A stretch of DNA of 64,000 bases from Parasitella parasitica NRRL 2501 (taxonomy: Eukaryota > Fungi > Mucoromycota): contig MU619338.1 of NCBI GenBank assembly GCA_025201805.1, positions 1 to 64,000 on the forward strand, in the 5' to 3' direction. This document shows positions 61,001-64,000 of this stretch, one piece after another. The notes beneath the pieces were generated by a model that worked only from the letters and a program-made list of their open reading frames with translations, was not told the DNA's origin and made no database searches. The position numbers and the translations under genes were made by a program. Every line of letters starts with the position of its first letter. Position 1 is the stretch's first letter.

Positions 61001-61712
61001 GAATCATCTTCGGCAGAATCAACTTTTGCACTGGATTTGAGCTGCTTGATCTGACCCAACATGTCAGACATGATGGGTTTCTCTAAAAACATAACGCTGG
61101 CGGAGTCTTTTTTCGCTGAAAATGTAACAAGCAGATCTATGTTTTTCCATGCATTTTGCATTAACAATAGAGTGGGTTGAATTAAATAGAACAAACCTGA
61201 TTTACTGCTGTCTGGTAGGTTAGATTGAGCTGTATTGAGTTTACCGCAATTAGAGTTTGTTTTCTGCATTTCCAATTACGCTAGTTACCAATGTCAATTT
61301 TCAAGTCTGAATATATAGGGATGATTGCTAACACCAGTGGTGGCATTGAAGGCATTTGGGATTCTTGAAACAAGATCAAACTACAGATAAAGATTAGTTT
61401 TTGCCATTGTGCCGTTCATGTTTATGCGAAAGTTTACCAAGACTCGTCATTTGAATGGCATACGATAGCCAGCAGACCTAGCACATTTCCATTTGATTTA
61501 CCATCTACTATTTTAACCTGAGAGCTGTATCAAAAACAAAAAAAAAAAAAGTCAAGGACATTGATTAAAAAGCAAAAGACACGAAAATATTCATGCTGCC
61601 ATGAGAGGCAGCACATATCAAAGAGTAAAAAAGAAAAGGATATAATCAACAGTTTGTCTGGAGCATTCAAGAGACCATCGACTAGGCTACTTTTTTTTTT
61701 CGCACTCGACAT
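58017..61712 (-). CDS. OCRL: OCRL/INPP5B-type inositol polyphosphate 5-phosphatase (PH, 5-phosphatase, ASH, RhoGAP-like)
   Basis: PH-like N-terminus (LLAIV..SCLILF..LAIIPIYSD), GTWN, MM|GNKGG, FVTSHLAA, WCGDLNYR, FAPTYKYD, RAPSWTDRILW, SDHKPV; ASH (DFGKVQF..LTNTG, PPWL.V.P.SG), LPKELWKM RhoGAP-like; first intron is AT-AC. Confidence 0.93.
61527..61643 (-). other. U12-type (minor spliceosome) AT-AC intron, 117 nt
   Basis: 5' site ATATCCTTTT at 61643, branch point TCCTTGAC at 61558-61551, 3' site ...GATAC at 61527; removal fuses MSSAKKK...DKLLI|SSQVKIVDG in frame, whereas the adjacent AG gives an immediate stop. Confidence 0.88.
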
Positions 61713-62243
61713 TTCCACCTGTTTAACAAGCAAAAAAAAAATGAGAAAGAGGAGAAAGAGGGGAAAGAAGGAAAAGAGGGGAAAGATGTGCCAAGATTTA
61801 GTTTCGCCTTTAAACTGAACACTTTTTCCGGTATATTTTGTCGCTGATTTTGAGTAGGGTGTCGTTGTGTGCAAAAAAATGTCGCTGGTTAAAAAATAAA
61901 ATGTCGTGTTGATAAAGGAACATGATGTGCAAAATTGCGATGCCCTAATTATTGATCAAGCAGCCATTGTGCAGGAGCACTATAATAGGTATATTTAAAT
62001 GAACAATTATTTGGATTTTTTATTATCTTATTTTCAAATGCAATGATAATTCTTTATCGACACTAACGACATGCACTTCAGATACGTAAAACTGAACAAT
62101 CACCTAACGGGCCACACTATTTGAATTTCATAAGTGATAAATTATTTCAGAAATATCAGTTAGATATTAGAGATCTAAATAAACCCAAATTTTAGACATG
62201 TCTATAAAACTGCATAGGTATCTAAACTAAAAAAAAATAGTTA

Positions 62244-62293
62244 AACCACAAAACCACAAAACCATCAAAGTATCAAAGTACCAAAGTATCAAA
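62244..62293 (+). repeat. Short degenerate tandem repeats (AACCACAA)n/(ATCAAAGT)n
   Basis: aaccacaaaaccacaaaaccatcaaagtatcaaagtaccaaagtatcaaa. Confidence 0.7.
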
Positions 62294-62560
62294 CTGCATA
62301 TACTAATAAGACATTAATTTTTACGTATCCGTCAAATTATGCATTTACACAATGAAAAATCATAGCAGAATCAGCAAATGATAATCTCTATTTTTATAAC
62401 TTCGCATTATCATTTTATGTTACATCTGTTGAGTTAAGTCAGCATATCCAATATCAAAAGGAAACAATATAGTTATAACGGACGGGTTGGTGTACAAAAA
62501 TGTGTTTGGTATAGCAAGTTATTCCCTATTTAGAATTTGATACTCTGCAATACAGTGCCG

Positions 62561-62588
62561 GGAACCTGGAACCTGGAACCTGGAATCT
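62561..62588 (+). repeat. (GGAACCT)n heptamer repeat, ~4 units
   Basis: ggaacctggaacctggaacctggaatct. Confidence 0.8.
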
Positions 62589-64000
62589 ACCAAAAGCTTA
62601 ACTTTTGTTAGTAAAATTACTCTCAACCTCAATCCTAACCTCTATTTTGCTTTCTAATTTACATTTTTAGCATCAGAATTACGGAAAAAAAGAAGGGACT
62701 TTTGAACTGACATTAAGCAACAACGTTAATAGGGCTTCTCTGTCACTAGCAATTAGTAACTTATGAATTATTCACAAATACCAAGGGCTTATCATAGCGA
62801 AAACATTGGATTCATTAATTATTCTCTTCTGCTTCCAACTCAATGAAGCACACCTGTTTTATTATTTTACTATTAAGAAAGGTATACTTGTGGCATAAAA
62901 AATACTTGCTTTATAGAGCTGTGTCATGTATTAGAATCGATATTGACGTGATATCATCTCCAGATAGATATTTTTACAGCTTAAAAGCAAGAACTTTAGC
63001 TTCGTGTGCCATTTTTTGATTAATTTTGATAATCAAAAGTGCCCTAAAAACGCCAGAAATAGTATCCATTGGGAAAGAACTATATTATATATGATTTTGG
63101 TGCAATTTGAGCATGATTTTTTTTTCGATGTAAAATCACGGATTTTTTCGATTTTTTCCTTGTATCTACCCATCCAAAATCATCGATTGTGCTTTATCCT
63201 CAAAAATGCGACTTTTTACTATAGCATATATTAGAGGAAAATGATCGTAAAAGACCATTCCTTGATCTGAAAGACTGAAAATGCGCTTTGATTAAGCAAA
63301 ATATTGAATTTTCCCTCATGATCTGTTTTTGAGGTTTTCTCAGCAGAATTCCTTCCATAAGCATACGGGAATCATGAAAAGATACCATCGTGTAGAGCTT
63401 CCAAAAATACAGCTATTATCATAGACTGACAGTCGTGGTATGCATAGTATCAGGGGATGATATCTTGCCTCAAAGGAGTAATTTTGTTTTCGAAATGTCC
63501 AAATGGAGTTTTTGAAAGAATTTTTCTTTTCTGATTTTGGACGCGTTCAATCTCCGCTATTAATGAAAAATGGTATTATTTTGAAGAAAGCATTAGCTTT
63601 GAGAAGCCATAGCTTACCCAATTTAAGATAAAAGCAATTGCAATTAAATTTATTAAAATGGAGTAATTTTTGGCTTTCTAATGGTAGCCCTTGCATGTCA
63701 GTACCTGGCCTGACGATCCCACGCTCCGATTTTAAAAAATACTTTTCCGAAAAAACGTCAGAAAAGTCGTTACCTTCATCTGGTGTCAACTTAAAAAGTA
63801 CGAAAACTTGCTCTAAGCTATGCAAATATGTAATCAAAAGGTGTCTTATAGTCTAATGCATTACTTCGAATTATTTGTTTGTATTCGAAATCTCTAAACA
63901 TTTTTTTCTTAGAGTTTTTTTCTTTTTTTCTGACAATAACACACTAAAGTTTGCGTAGGTCAAAACAAAAAACAGGCGCCTGAAATCTACGCTGGCTTTA

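Noticed and set aside
62000-64000. Gene-free AT-rich terminal region with short ORFs, possible transposon remnant
   Set aside because: No recognisable domains, TIRs or LTRs visible; would need a genome-wide repeat search.
1-64000. Functional gene cluster among genes shared with animals (LAMTOR4, EPG5, OCRL, 4EHP, DNAAF5)
   Set aside because: They are interspersed with unrelated housekeeping genes; retention of ancestral opisthokont genes is expected genome-wide in Mucorales, so co-location is not evidence of a cluster.

Overview
Eukaryotic, intron-rich, AT-rich genomic DNA from a Mucorales fungus. The chitin deacetylase signal peptide MQIRTFALSAAIAQVA closely resembles the Mucor enzyme, and introns are mostly about 50-100 nt. 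Bases 1-46,000 and 56,000-62,000 are gene-dense housekeeping DNA: SAM carrier, DUF4460/TCAIM-like, acidic nuclear protein, Slm1-like BAR-PH, LAMTOR4, DHHC palmitoyltransferase, choline/ethanolamine kinase, Srs2-like helicase, Pdr16-like, Mps1, chitin deacetylase, QTRT2, dihydroorotase, DNAAF5/HEATR2-like, App1, a motor-less kinesin-14, EPG5-like, Mug60-like KH protein, MAPK phosphatase, Hat1 and OCRL/INPP5B. Bases 46,300-55,600 form an accessory island. It holds a triplicated ~260-nt element that appears to fold extensively on the + strand, with copy-specific closing stems and a splint-like junction (the best candidate for an undescribed system). It also holds a multi-exon PD-(D/E)xK nuclease-like gene with a 5'-truncated LINE insertion in an intron, a class II eIF4E, a 63-aa spliced microprotein and a nuclease-like pseudogene. 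Splicing highlights are a U12-type AT-AC intron in OCRL, four GC-AG introns and a 12-nt microexon carrying the DHHC catalytic residues. All family assignments come from motif recognition by eye, with reference sequences recalled from memory; no searches were run.
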